A stretch of 32,000 nucleotides of DNA, taken from the NCBI GenBank assembly GCA_002716355.1, contig PBAU01000002.1, forward strand, positions 137,121 through 169,120, given 5' to 3'. The position numbers and the translations under genes were made by a program. Source of the DNA: a bacterium. GTDB lineage: Bacteria; UBP7; UBA6624. Below are positions 17,990-26,662 of the stretch, one piece after another; position 1 is the first letter of the stretch; every line of letters begins with the position of its first letter. Under the pieces are notes generated by a model, which saw only the letters and a program-made list of their open reading frames with translations, was not told the origin of the DNA and did no database searches.

Positions 17990-19195
17990 ATGAAAAAAGT
18001 ATTATTTTTAATTTGTTTTTTGTTAGGCGCAGGAAGCTTAACGGCATCAGATTTTGATCCCGCTGAAAGGCATAAGGTCCCACTGCAGGAATCCTTTTCC
18101 AAAGGCTCAGAGGATCCCTCTGTAACAATAGTGGAATTTAGTGCCTTTAACTGTCCGCCATGCAAAAGGTTAGCTGGTATCTTTGATGATGTTTTGAAAG
18201 ATTATTCAAAAGATGTTAGATTGGTTTTCAAACATGGTGTTCCAAGAGCTTTAGAGTTAGAAAAAGAAGCTGTTTTGGCAACATGGGCATCAGGCCAGCA
18301 AGGTTATTTTTGGGAAATGCATGACCTTTTATTCGAGTTTAAAGATAGAGGTTTTGAAGCCTATCTTCAACATGCAGAAAGATTAAACCTTGATAAAGAC
18401 AGGTTTGTTGCTGATTTTCAAAGTGATGCTGCACTTTCATCTATAGAAAATGAATGGAGGGTTAGTAGTTGCCTTGGTAATTATGGAACACCTAATTTTT
18501 TTGTTAATGGAAAAAAATACTCTGGAGAACTTTGGACACATGAAAGGATCCGAGAAATTATTGAAAAAGAACTTGTTTTGATGGAAAGCATGGGTAATCC
18601 AAAATATACGGAAATTATGGAAATGTCAGAAGGTGAAGAGTTCTTGTGCGGAAAAAAGGTTTTTAAGATTATTCCAAGCCTTTCAAAAGCCAGATTTTTT
18701 GTTGATGAAATTTTGAGAGAAGAGCCTTTTACAGTCATAGGTGAAACTAATAGCATGTCTGGAACCATAGATGTTGATTTTGACTTTCCAAAAAGGAGTT
18801 CTGTAGGTCAGATAGATATTGATAGTGATAGCTTCATTACTGATTCAAATAGCAGGAATAGAGCGATTAGAAATAGGATTTTGGACTCAGGCACATATCC
18901 TTTAGTGTCTTTTAAAGCTACACGCATAGATGGCCTTCCCGAAAAGGCAACTTTTTATCCTGGACAGAAATACGAGCTTGAAATCAGTGGAGAATTAACT
19001 ATAAAAAACAAAACTTTATTTGAAACCTTTGACACCGTATTGGAAATTGTAGATTTTTCAACCATTAAGGGTTTTGCAGCAGTAGAAGCTTTGTGGGCTG
19101 ATTATGGTGTAAGTGTTCCACAGCCACCTTTTGTTCAATTGATTGAAGATAGCATCAGATTAGAATTTGAATTTGTTGGAGTGTTAGAAGATTAG
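17990..19195 (+). CDS. Exported fusion protein: DsbA-like thiol:disulfide oxidoreductase (CPPC) plus C-terminal YceI-like domain
   Basis: Signal peptide 'MKKVLFLICFLLGAGSLTA'. The DsbA/Thioredoxin_4 pattern is 'VTIVEFSAFNCPPCKRL ... YGTPNFFVNGK' (CPPC at 18152-18163). From about nt 18653 there is a YceI-like pattern ('SKARFFVDE...GETNSMSGTIDVDF...FITDSNSRNRAIRNRILDSGTYPLVSFKAT...ISGELTIKNKT'). The ATG at 17990 is preceded by AAGGGGG. Confidence 0.7.
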   Translation: MKKVLFLICFLLGAGSLTASDFDPAERHKVPLQESFSKGSEDPSVTIVEFSAFNCPPCKRLAGIFDDVLKDYSKDVRLVFKHGVPRALELEKEAVLATWASGQQGYFWEMHDLLFEFKDRGFEAYLQHAERLNLDKDRFVADFQSDAALSSIENEWRVSSCLGNYGTPNFFVNGKKYSGELWTHERIREIIEKELVLMESMGNPKYTEIMEMSEGEEFLCGKKVFKIIPSLSKARFFVDEILREEPFTVIGETNSMSGTIDVDFDFPKRSSVGQIDIDSDSFITDSNSRNRAIRNRILDSGTYPLVSFKATRIDGLPEKATFYPGQKYELEISGELTIKNKTLFETFDTVLEIVDFSTIKGFAAVEALWADYGVSVPQPPFVQLIEDSIRLEFEFVGVLED

Positions 19196-19238
19196 ACCAG
19201 AATTAGAAATACTTTTAACCTCGGCAAGAGATGCATTC

Positions 19239-20354
19239 TTGCAGGTTTCTGTTTTTGTAGCAGTAATGGTTCTTCTTTTTTCATGGTTGCAGTATAAGAC
19301 ATCAGGAAAATTCGTTTCCATCTTGCAGAAAAACACTAAAACACAACCTTTTTTTGGTGCCCTTCTTGGCTTGACACCGGGATGCGGTGGTGCAATTATT
19401 GTCATGCCGTTATATGTAAAGAAAGTTGTTACTTTTGGTACCGTTATCGCAACACTCGCTGCAACATTAGGCGATGCTGCTTTTATATTGATAGCAAAAG
19501 CACCAAAAGATGCTGCTATTGTTCATATAGTTGCTTTTTTTACTGCTGTTTTTTGGGGTATGTTAATTGACAAATGGCAAATAACACATAATCAGCCCTT
19601 AGGCAAATTTTCCAAAAAATTTCAGGGTTTCAAGAGTGATATCAAAAAAGAAATTGATCCCGTTTCTTTTATAGACTCAATTGAAGGGGAGGAGAAAGAT
19701 GAATCTTTAGGTTACAAGATAACCCATCAAGGTTATGTTTTATGGTGGTGGGTGTGTCTTTTGGGTCTTATTTTGGGAGTAACTCTATTAGTGAAAGCTA
19801 ATGATCCCAATTACGCTCTTGAGTTAACTTTTGACCCCAGCCATAAAGACGCTATTTTTAATTATGTGGGATTGTTTGGAACCTTTTTGTCTGTGATTTT
19901 ATTTGTTGCCGGAAAGCATTTCATAGGGGATGACACCCTCGAGGCTTTAAGGGATAAATTGACATCCTCAAAAGAAACTTTGATACATGCTGCTTCTGAA
20001 ACTGCATTTGTAACTTTTTGGGTCTTGTTTGCATATTTGATTTATGAGTATGGTATGTATTTTTCAAATTTGGATTTTGCACAAATGATTGTCAATTCTG
20101 GCCCATTAAGTATTTTATTTGGCGCTGGGATTGGCTTGATACCCGGCTGCGGTCCACAAATTTTATTTGTAACTGCTTATACCGAAGGTTTATTGCCCAT
20201 GTCAGTATTGATTGCACACGCTATTTCACAAGATGGTGATGCTTTATTCCCGTTGATTGCAAGAAATAGAAAGGCAGCTTTATGGTCAACTGTGATTACA
20301 ACCATTCCTGCAATAGCGATAGGTCTGTTGTGGTTTTACCTTATAGGCAATTAG
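19239..20354 (+). CDS. Polytopic membrane protein with internal two-fold repeat (PGCG ... GDAxF motifs); resembles the 'putative 10-TM heavy-metal/manganese exporter' (ArsP_2/DUF2899-like) family
   Basis: About 10 hydrophobic segments. The motif pairs are 'LTPGCGGAII...ATLGDAAFILIA' and 'LIPGCGPQILF...ISQDGDALFPLIA'. The start is uncertain (TTG at 19239 or ATG at 19266, neither with a clear Shine-Dalgarno). The family assignment is from memory of motif style, not from a search. Confidence 0.55.
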   Translation: MQVSVFVAVMVLLFSWLQYKTSGKFVSILQKNTKTQPFFGALLGLTPGCGGAIIVMPLYVKKVVTFGTVIATLAATLGDAAFILIAKAPKDAAIVHIVAFFTAVFWGMLIDKWQITHNQPLGKFSKKFQGFKSDIKKEIDPVSFIDSIEGEEKDESLGYKITHQGYVLWWWVCLLGLILGVTLLVKANDPNYALELTFDPSHKDAIFNYVGLFGTFLSVILFVAGKHFIGDDTLEALRDKLTSSKETLIHAASETAFVTFWVLFAYLIYEYGMYFSNLDFAQMIVNSGPLSILFGAGIGLIPGCGPQILFVTAYTEGLLPMSVLIAHAISQDGDALFPLIARNRKAALWSTVITTIPAIAIGLLWFYLIGN

Positions 20355-20363
20355 GATACATTT

Positions 20364-21575
20364 ATGTTCTCAAATTTAACTCCAGAATCGAACCAAAGAC
20401 CAGGAAATGACCCCATTTTTGCGCTTAGTGAAGAAGCTAGATCAAAAATTGCTAATGGTGAAAGGGTAATTGATGCCACTTTAGGTTGTTTATTTGATGA
20501 TCGCGGACAGCTTTTAGTTGTTAATGCATGGGATCAGGTTGCTGCTGAAATTCATCCAAGCATGGTTGCTGGTTATGCTCCTATTTCAGGAGTTCAAAAA
20601 TTTAATCATGCAATCATAGAAGATACATTTTCTGATTTTCAACACCTCAAACAGATAAGCGTATCCTCAGCAACACCTGGGGGAACAGGTGCTGTCACAT
20701 CTTCAATTGTTAATTTTTTAGAACCGGGAGAGACGCTTGTCTCCCCACATCTTTACTGGGGGCCATACAGCACAATTTCTAGCTTAAATGGCAGGAGATT
20801 ATTAACTTATCAGACCTTCACCCCAGATTTGAATTTCAATTTAGAAGGCCTTGAGCAAGCGGTGCATAAAACATCAAAAGAAAATAAAAGAGTGTTAACT
20901 GTGATTAATTCTCCATGCAACAATCCAACAGGTTATTCTTTGAGCCCAAGTGAGTGGGATGGAGTTGGTGACATATTGTCCAACGCTTCAAATACTGCTA
21001 GAAATTCGTTGATTATAGATTTGGCTTATTTTAAATTTGGCCCCAAAAACAATCACTGGTTAAGTGTTGTAGAGAAAATATGTGATGATGTGCAGGTTCT
21101 TATTGCTTGGAGTGGAAGTAAATCCTTTACAAGATACGGTGCTAGAGTTGGTGGAATCATTGCCTTGAACAGAGATGCAGGCTCAAGAGAAAAGCTCAAA
21201 AGAGCATTTTCTTATTCCTCTAGAGGGACATGGAGTAATTGCAATCATATGGGTCAATTCATTGCAACAAAATTAATTACTGATGACCGTTATAAAAAAC
21301 AGGTTAATATTGAAAGAAATGCCATTATCGATTTGCTTCAGGATAGGGTTGATGTATTTAATGTTCAGGCACAAAAATATAATTTGGTTTACCCTCGTTA
21401 TGAAGGTGGGTTTTTCGTAACTGTATTCTGTAAAGATCCACAAGATGTTGCTAAAAGAATGAGAGATAAAAACGTGTATTTGATACCTGTAAAAGATGGA
21501 GTTAGAGTTGGCCTTTGCAGTGTTGCATCAAAAGACATTCCAGAACTTGTAGAAGTATTGAATAATTCTTTGTAA
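20364..21575 (+). CDS. Class I (subgroup Ia, AspC/TyrB-like) PLP-dependent aminotransferase
   Basis: 'NSPCNNPTG' (cf. AspC HGCCHNPTG) and the PLP-Lys motif 'SGSKSFTRYGARVG' (cf. SYSKNFGLYNERVG). Confidence 0.8.
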   Translation: MFSNLTPESNQRPGNDPIFALSEEARSKIANGERVIDATLGCLFDDRGQLLVVNAWDQVAAEIHPSMVAGYAPISGVQKFNHAIIEDTFSDFQHLKQISVSSATPGGTGAVTSSIVNFLEPGETLVSPHLYWGPYSTISSLNGRRLLTYQTFTPDLNFNLEGLEQAVHKTSKENKRVLTVINSPCNNPTGYSLSPSEWDGVGDILSNASNTARNSLIIDLAYFKFGPKNNHWLSVVEKICDDVQVLIAWSGSKSFTRYGARVGGIIALNRDAGSREKLKRAFSYSSRGTWSNCNHMGQFIATKLITDDRYKKQVNIERNAIIDLLQDRVDVFNVQAQKYNLVYPRYEGGFFVTVFCKDPQDVAKRMRDKNVYLIPVKDGVRVGLCSVASKDIPELVEVLNNSL

Positions 21576-22321
21576 TGAATCTTAAAATCCAAGGAAAAGG
21601 GCAACCTTTATTATTAATACCAGGCCTTGGAGGGTGTTCAAAAAGTTTTGATTATTTAATTCCCCATTTGGATAAGTTACAAGTCATAACATTTGATCCA
21701 TTGGGTTGTGGTTCCAGCATGCCAATAGACAAAGCTAGTCCAAATGTTATTTTTTCATCTATTGTTTCCATGATTAAGGATTTGAAATTTGAAAAAATAA
21801 ATGTTTTAGGGACTTCTTTTGGTGGTGTTATTGCCAGGATGCTTGCGGTTGAAAATAATGATTTAATAGATGGGCTTATTCTTGTTGCAACTGAACCTAA
21901 TCCAGATAGGTCAGTTCGACCTAAAAATCAAAAACCAAGAGTCGGAAAGGGTGCTACCGCTATAGAAAGAACAAAAGCTTGGCTTAAAAGCTTTTCGTTC
22001 AAAGATTGGGAGAGTGAAGATAATTTTAGCTTTACAACTGCAGTTAGATATTATTCCAACAATGAACCTCTTCCAGAAACACAAAGGCTGCAAAGGGATT
22101 TTGTTTTGAGGAATAAAAATTTTGGCATGCCTGAAAAAATCAAGCAGAAAACCTTAATAGTACATGGTGATTGTGATTCCTTGGTGCCTTTTAAGAATGC
22201 GGAAATTTTACATAATTTAATTGTGAGATCTGAATTAAAAAAAATTGAATCTTGCGGGCATATGATTGCTTGGGAAAAATCCAGAGAATTATCAATTTTA
22301 ATTAAGGAGTTTTGTAAATGA
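21575..22321 (+). CDS. Alpha/beta-fold hydrolase
   Basis: 'LLLIPGLGG', nucleophile elbow 'GTSFGG', 'VHGDCDSLVP', 'CGHMIAWE'. TAATG overlap with the upstream gene. Confidence 0.75.
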   Translation: MNLKIQGKGQPLLLIPGLGGCSKSFDYLIPHLDKLQVITFDPLGCGSSMPIDKASPNVIFSSIVSMIKDLKFEKINVLGTSFGGVIARMLAVENNDLIDGLILVATEPNPDRSVRPKNQKPRVGKGATAIERTKAWLKSFSFKDWESEDNFSFTTAVRYYSNNEPLPETQRLQRDFVLRNKNFGMPEKIKQKTLIVHGDCDSLVPFKNAEILHNLIVRSELKKIESCGHMIAWEKSRELSILIKEFCK

Positions 22322-23349
22322 GGGTATTGGTTATTGGCGGAACTAGGTTTATGGGAATGGGCTTAGTGGATAGATTATTGAAAGATGGCCATGAGCTTTT
22401 CATTATGACAAGAGGCATTTCAAGCAACCCTTTTGAGAATAATGTTCGACATGTTTTTTGTGACAGGTTTGATAGCGAGGCTTTCAAGCATGAATTAACC
22501 AAACTAAAAAATGAATTCAAGGGAGAGCCGGTGTTTGATGCAGTTGTTGACTTTCTCTCATTTAACAAACAACATTCACAGGATTTTATTGATGTTTTTT
22601 CAAGACCTGGTTTAATAGGTCATTTCATACATATATCAACAGGTTCTGTGTATGCGGTCGGAGAAAGGTATCATGATGGGCTGATATCCGAAAAAGATTT
22701 TTATAACCCACTAGCAAAGCCTTGGCAAAATAATATTGAAAGTTGGAATTATGGGACCGGAAAAAGGGAAGCTGAAAATGTTTTGGAAAAAGCATGGAAG
22801 GATTTTTCGTTTCCTGAAACCAGAATCAGGATCCCGATAGTCGAGGGACCTTACGATTACACATTGAGAAGCTGGAAATACCAACTTTGGCTTCAAAGTG
22901 GAAAGCCTATTGACCTGCCCGACGGAGGGAGATTTAAATTCACGCATGTTTTTTCTGAAGATGTTGTTGATGCTATTTTGTCAATAATTAAAATTGGATC
23001 ATCTACATATGGAAATGCTTTCAACCTTGCACAAGAAGAACAACCATCATTGAAGGTTTACCTTACTGAAATGGCAAGGGTGATTGGTATTGAACCAACA
23101 TTCAAAGACGTTTCTTTGGATAAGTATTGGAGCCCCTTGAAGGAAAATAAAGTTTTCTCTAAATCAAAAGCATGGCAGCCATATGCGTCTTGGCTTAAGA
23201 GGGATTCGTGTTTGAGCATTGAAAAAGCAAAAAAATATTTATCATGGACGCCAACACCAATGAGCGATGCACTTAAAAAAACTTGCTTATGGTTTGATAG
23301 TCAAGAAAACCCATTTGCAAAACCATCAGATCAACCTTGGTTGAGTTGA
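22318..23349 (+). CDS. NAD(P)-dependent epimerase/dehydratase family (extended SDR) protein
   Basis: Rossmann motif 'VLVIGGTRFMGMGL' and catalytic YxxxK 'YGTGK'. ATGA overlap with the upstream gene. Confidence 0.75.
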   Translation: MRVLVIGGTRFMGMGLVDRLLKDGHELFIMTRGISSNPFENNVRHVFCDRFDSEAFKHELTKLKNEFKGEPVFDAVVDFLSFNKQHSQDFIDVFSRPGLIGHFIHISTGSVYAVGERYHDGLISEKDFYNPLAKPWQNNIESWNYGTGKREAENVLEKAWKDFSFPETRIRIPIVEGPYDYTLRSWKYQLWLQSGKPIDLPDGGRFKFTHVFSEDVVDAILSIIKIGSSTYGNAFNLAQEEQPSLKVYLTEMARVIGIEPTFKDVSLDKYWSPLKENKVFSKSKAWQPYASWLKRDSCLSIEKAKKYLSWTPTPMSDALKKTCLWFDSQENPFAKPSDQPWLS

Positions 23350-23358
23350 TATAGTACA

Positions 23359-23379
23359 ATATACCCATTGGGGGTATAT
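23359..23379. promoter_or_regulatory. CsoR-type operator: ATATACCC-N5-GGGTATAT directly abutting the csoR start codon
   Basis: ATATACCC at 23359-23366 and GGGTATAT at 23372-23379 are exact reverse complements. The core TACCC..GGGGGTA has the same architecture as the Bacillus subtilis copZA CsoR operator (recalled, not searched). -10-like hexamers TATAGT (23350-23355) and TACAAT (23355-23360) lie immediately upstream. Confidence 0.7.
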
Positions 23380-23682
23380 ATGAAGAATGATAATTATTGC
23401 GATTCCTTGCCAGAATCTCATGGCCAAGCTTTAAGGAATCTAGCTCGTATAAAAGGCCAAATTGGTGGTGTTCAAAAAATGATTAGGGAAGGCAGTTATT
23501 GTTTGGATGTTTTGACTCAAATTCATGCCGCAAGGTCAGCGCTTGACAGCGTTTCTGCGTCATTAATGGAAAATCATCTTGAAAGTTGTTGTGTCGAAGC
23601 GATCATATCTGATGATAAAGATTTAGCCTTAAAAAGAGTTACTGAGTTTTCTCAGTGCTGCAAAAAATTCATTAAAGGTTAA
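23380..23682 (+). CDS. csoR: Copper-sensing transcriptional repressor, CsoR/RcnR (DUF156) family
   Basis: 'YCLDVLTQIHAARSALD' and 'NHLESC' give the C...H-x3-C Cu(I)-ligand pattern. The start is placed at the ATG at 23380 (MKNDNYC), because the TTG at 23368 in the track lies inside the operator. Confidence 0.85.
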   Translation: MKNDNYCDSLPESHGQALRNLARIKGQIGGVQKMIREGSYCLDVLTQIHAARSALDSVSASLMENHLESCCVEAIISDDKDLALKRVTEFSQCCKKFIKG

Positions 23683-23684
23683 AG

Positions 23685-25799
23685 ATGCCTGAATTCAATT
23701 TTTCTTCTAGCGTTTTTGGGATGCATTGTGCCAATTGTGTAGTGTCTCTAGAGAAGGCTATTTCACAAGTTCCAGGTGTTCAAAAGGCGTCTGTGAATCT
23801 ACATGCTAAAAAAGTTGTTGTTTCCGGAAGTTTCTCTATAGCTTCTGTCAAACAGGTTATTTTAGACAAGGGTTACTCTTTTGAACCACCTAAAGAAGAC
23901 CAAGCAAAAGAGCTTTGGATAGTTTGGTTTTTGGCTATATTGGTATTTTTCGTTAAGGATCAGGCAGGCATATTTGTTTTACTTGTGTGTGCATTAGCAG
24001 GCGATCTCGCTAAAAAGTTAACACATGAAGGGTTGCTGTCTCTTAGAAAAAAAGATTACAAAATGGAAACATTGATTTTTATTGGTGTTTGGGGGGCTGC
24101 TTTACATCATATTGTTTCCTTGTTGTATGGAAATCATGGAATGGGGAAAGAGGGTGTTATTCTTTTGGCAATATACCTTACTGGTCAAAACCTTGAATCA
24201 AGACTTAAGGACAAAGCGGATATTGCCATAAAAGATCTTTTAAATTTGCTTCCCGATGAGGTTGCTTTAATCAAGAATGGCAAAAATATTAAAACAAAAC
24301 TAAAAGACGTCAAGATAGGCGATTCCATTTTAGTTTTGCCAGGTCAATCTATACCGTTGGATGGAATTGTTACCGAGGGTAAAAGTGAGATTAACGAAAG
24401 TTTAATAACTGGTGAATCTGAACCAGTTTTAAAAGTTGTTGATGATGGTGTTATAGGTGGGACTTTGAATATTTCAGGAAGGATATTGGTTAAGGTAAAT
24501 GCTTCTGGTGATAAGGGTTATCTTTCAAAACTTGTTGAGATGGTTGAGAATGCAAGCGCTGCTAATATTCCAGTTCAGGGTCTTGTAGATAGGATTGTCG
24601 CTATTTTTGTCCCTATTGTTTTATGGGCAGCTGGCTTAGCTGGTGTTTTTTGGTTAACTGTTCCAGAAAGGATGATCAAGATAAATCAGTTTTTAATTTC
24701 TAAGTTAGCGATAGACATGGAGCCTTTAAGTTGGTTTATGGTCGTTCTTGCTGTTCTAGTCGTTTCTTGTCCTTGCCCATTGGGGATAGCTACCCCTTTA
24801 GCGTTGTTTATCGGAGCTGGAAGGGGTGCCAAAATCGGTTTGATCATTCGTGACGGAAAGGGTTTAGAGGATTTAAAGAGCTGCAAGGTGTTGATTTTAG
24901 ATAAAACAGGCACCTTAACAACTGGAAACCCAACAGTTCAAGCAATCTTTCCATCTGAAGGGTTTACTGAAGAGGATGTTTTGCAGCATGCTGCTTCAGC
25001 AGAGGAGGGCAGTGAACATCCGATAGCAAAGGCCATATTAAAGAATTCCAAATCAAGAAAAATAAAATGGAAAAAGTTGGAAAACTATAAATATCAATTT
25101 GGTTCTGGAGTCGAAGGTTTAGATGAAAATGGCAATAAGGTTATGGCCGGCAGTATTGCCTGGGCATTATCTGAAACAATAAATATTCCTAATGAAGTTT
25201 CATCAGACTCGACAATTGTTGCTGTGAGTGTTGGCGGTAAGCCAATAGGCTTAATAGCATTGAATGACGAAATTAGAAACAATGCATTTCAAACAATTAG
25301 CAAGATTGAAAAAATGAAGATAAAAATTATTATTGCTAGTGGAGATAGAGAAGAGTCAGTTAAAGCGGTAGCTAATAAACTTTCAATAAAAAAGTATTTT
25401 TATGCACAAAAGCCTGAAGACAAGCTTGCCTTGGTTGGTAAATATCAAAAAGAAAATAACCATGTTGTTTTTGCCGGAGATGGTGTTAATGATGCTCCAG
25501 CTTTAGCTGCAGCTACTGTGGGGATTGCAATGGGAGACGGTTCAGATCTTGCGAAACAGAATGGTGAGCTGGTTTTGCCTAAAGGTAATCTGCTCAATAT
25601 TTATAAAGCAATAGTTCTTAGTCAAAAAACATTCTCGATTGTTGGTCAAAATTTATTTTGGGCAGCTATCTACAATGTTGTTGCAATACCTTTAGCATTT
25701 TTCGGTGTCTTGCACCCGATAGTTGCACAAAGCGCTATGGTTATCTCAGATTTGATTGTTATTTTGAATAGTTTGCGTTTACAAAAAATTAAAATATGA
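23685..25799 (+). CDS. copA: Copper-translocating P1B-type ATPase
   Basis: N-terminal HMA 'GMHCANC', TM metal site 'SCPCPLG', phosphorylation site 'DKTGTLT', 'SEHPIAKA', 'GDGVNDAPAL', and 'YN' in the late TM segment. Confidence 0.93.
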   Translation: MPEFNFSSSVFGMHCANCVVSLEKAISQVPGVQKASVNLHAKKVVVSGSFSIASVKQVILDKGYSFEPPKEDQAKELWIVWFLAILVFFVKDQAGIFVLLVCALAGDLAKKLTHEGLLSLRKKDYKMETLIFIGVWGAALHHIVSLLYGNHGMGKEGVILLAIYLTGQNLESRLKDKADIAIKDLLNLLPDEVALIKNGKNIKTKLKDVKIGDSILVLPGQSIPLDGIVTEGKSEINESLITGESEPVLKVVDDGVIGGTLNISGRILVKVNASGDKGYLSKLVEMVENASAANIPVQGLVDRIVAIFVPIVLWAAGLAGVFWLTVPERMIKINQFLISKLAIDMEPLSWFMVVLAVLVVSCPCPLGIATPLALFIGAGRGAKIGLIIRDGKGLEDLKSCKVLILDKTGTLTTGNPTVQAIFPSEGFTEEDVLQHAASAEEGSEHPIAKAILKNSKSRKIKWKKLENYKYQFGSGVEGLDENGNKVMAGSIAWALSETINIPNEVSSDSTIVAVSVGGKPIGLIALNDEIRNNAFQTISKIEKMKIKIIIASGDREESVKAVANKLSIKKYFYAQKPEDKLALVGKYQKENNHVVFAGDGVNDAPALAAATVGIAMGDGSDLAKQNGELVLPKGNLLNIYKAIVLSQKTFSIVGQNLFWAAIYNVVAIPLAFFGVLHPIVAQSAMVISDLIVILNSLRLQKIKI

Positions 25800-26614
25800 A
25801 AATTTCTGTCATACTTATAACCTACAAGAAATTCAATGAATTAAATTTAACCCTTTCTGCTTTAGAAAATCAAACCAAACAAGGTTTTGAGGTTGTTGTT
25901 GCTGAAGACGATGACTCACAAGAAACAAAAGAAATAATAAAAAATTTCAAAAAAAGGGGCAGGTTGGATTTGAAGCATGTTTTTCAAAAGGATAATGGGT
26001 ATCAAAGATCAAAAATAGTAAACAAGGGTATTATTGCATCAAAGGGCGATTATCTTCTTTTCTTGGATAGTGACTGTGTGCCTAGATCTGATTGGGTTGA
26101 ATCATATGCAAAATCAGCAAGAAAAGGATGGTTTTTTTCTGGAGGAAGTGTTGTTCATATTCCCGAAAGAATCCATTCAAAACTTCAATCTTCAGATGTA
26201 AAAGACGATAAAATTTTTAATTATCAATGGTTAAAGGATAAGGGTCTATCATGCAAAAGGACAAAATTAAGGCTTTCAAATCTAGGAATCTTCAGGCATG
26301 CTATGGATTTCCTGACAACACGTTTAGGGGTTTTCACTGGCGGAAATTCTGCATGCTGGAAAAAAGATGCATTATCTGTGAATGGTTTTGATGAGGATTT
26401 TGTAACTTATGGTTCTGAAGATAGGGAGTTTGGAGCAAGGCTTGTGAATTTCGGATTGAAGGGGATTGTCAAAAAGTTTTCTTTTATTGTGGTGCATCTT
26501 GACCATCCAAGACCTTACAGCGATGATGAAAATATCAAAAATCGAAAAATCATGAAGAAGGTTATGTTTTCTAGAAGATCTTGGGCTGAAAATGGCATCA
26601 GAAAATTAAAATAA
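25796..26614 (+). CDS. Family 2 glycosyltransferase
   Basis: 'ISVILITYKK', 'VVVAEDDDS', DxD 'FLDSDCV', and 'GGNSACWKKDALSVNGFDEDFVTYGSEDREFGARL'. ATGA overlap with the copA stop. Confidence 0.8.
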   Translation: MKISVILITYKKFNELNLTLSALENQTKQGFEVVVAEDDDSQETKEIIKNFKKRGRLDLKHVFQKDNGYQRSKIVNKGIIASKGDYLLFLDSDCVPRSDWVESYAKSARKGWFFSGGSVVHIPERIHSKLQSSDVKDDKIFNYQWLKDKGLSCKRTKLRLSNLGIFRHAMDFLTTRLGVFTGGNSACWKKDALSVNGFDEDFVTYGSEDREFGARLVNFGLKGIVKKFSFIVVHLDHPRPYSDDENIKNRKIMKKVMFSRRSWAENGIRKLK

Positions 26615-26662
26615 TAAAGAAACTTTTTTATATTTTCCATAGTACTATATAGGCACAGAAGC

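Noticed and set aside
19382-19570. A strikingly Cys-rich 62-aa ORF (MRWCNYCHAVICKESCYF...CCYCSYSCFFYCCF), which could tempt a call of a cysteine-rich peptide or RiPP precursor.
   Set aside because: It is an alternative frame on the same strand inside the membrane-protein CDS. The Cys codons arise from reading GCT/GCA/GTT-rich Ala/Val/Leu codons out of frame (..GCTGCT.. read as TGC TGC). There is no ribosome-binding site and no adjacent maturation genes.
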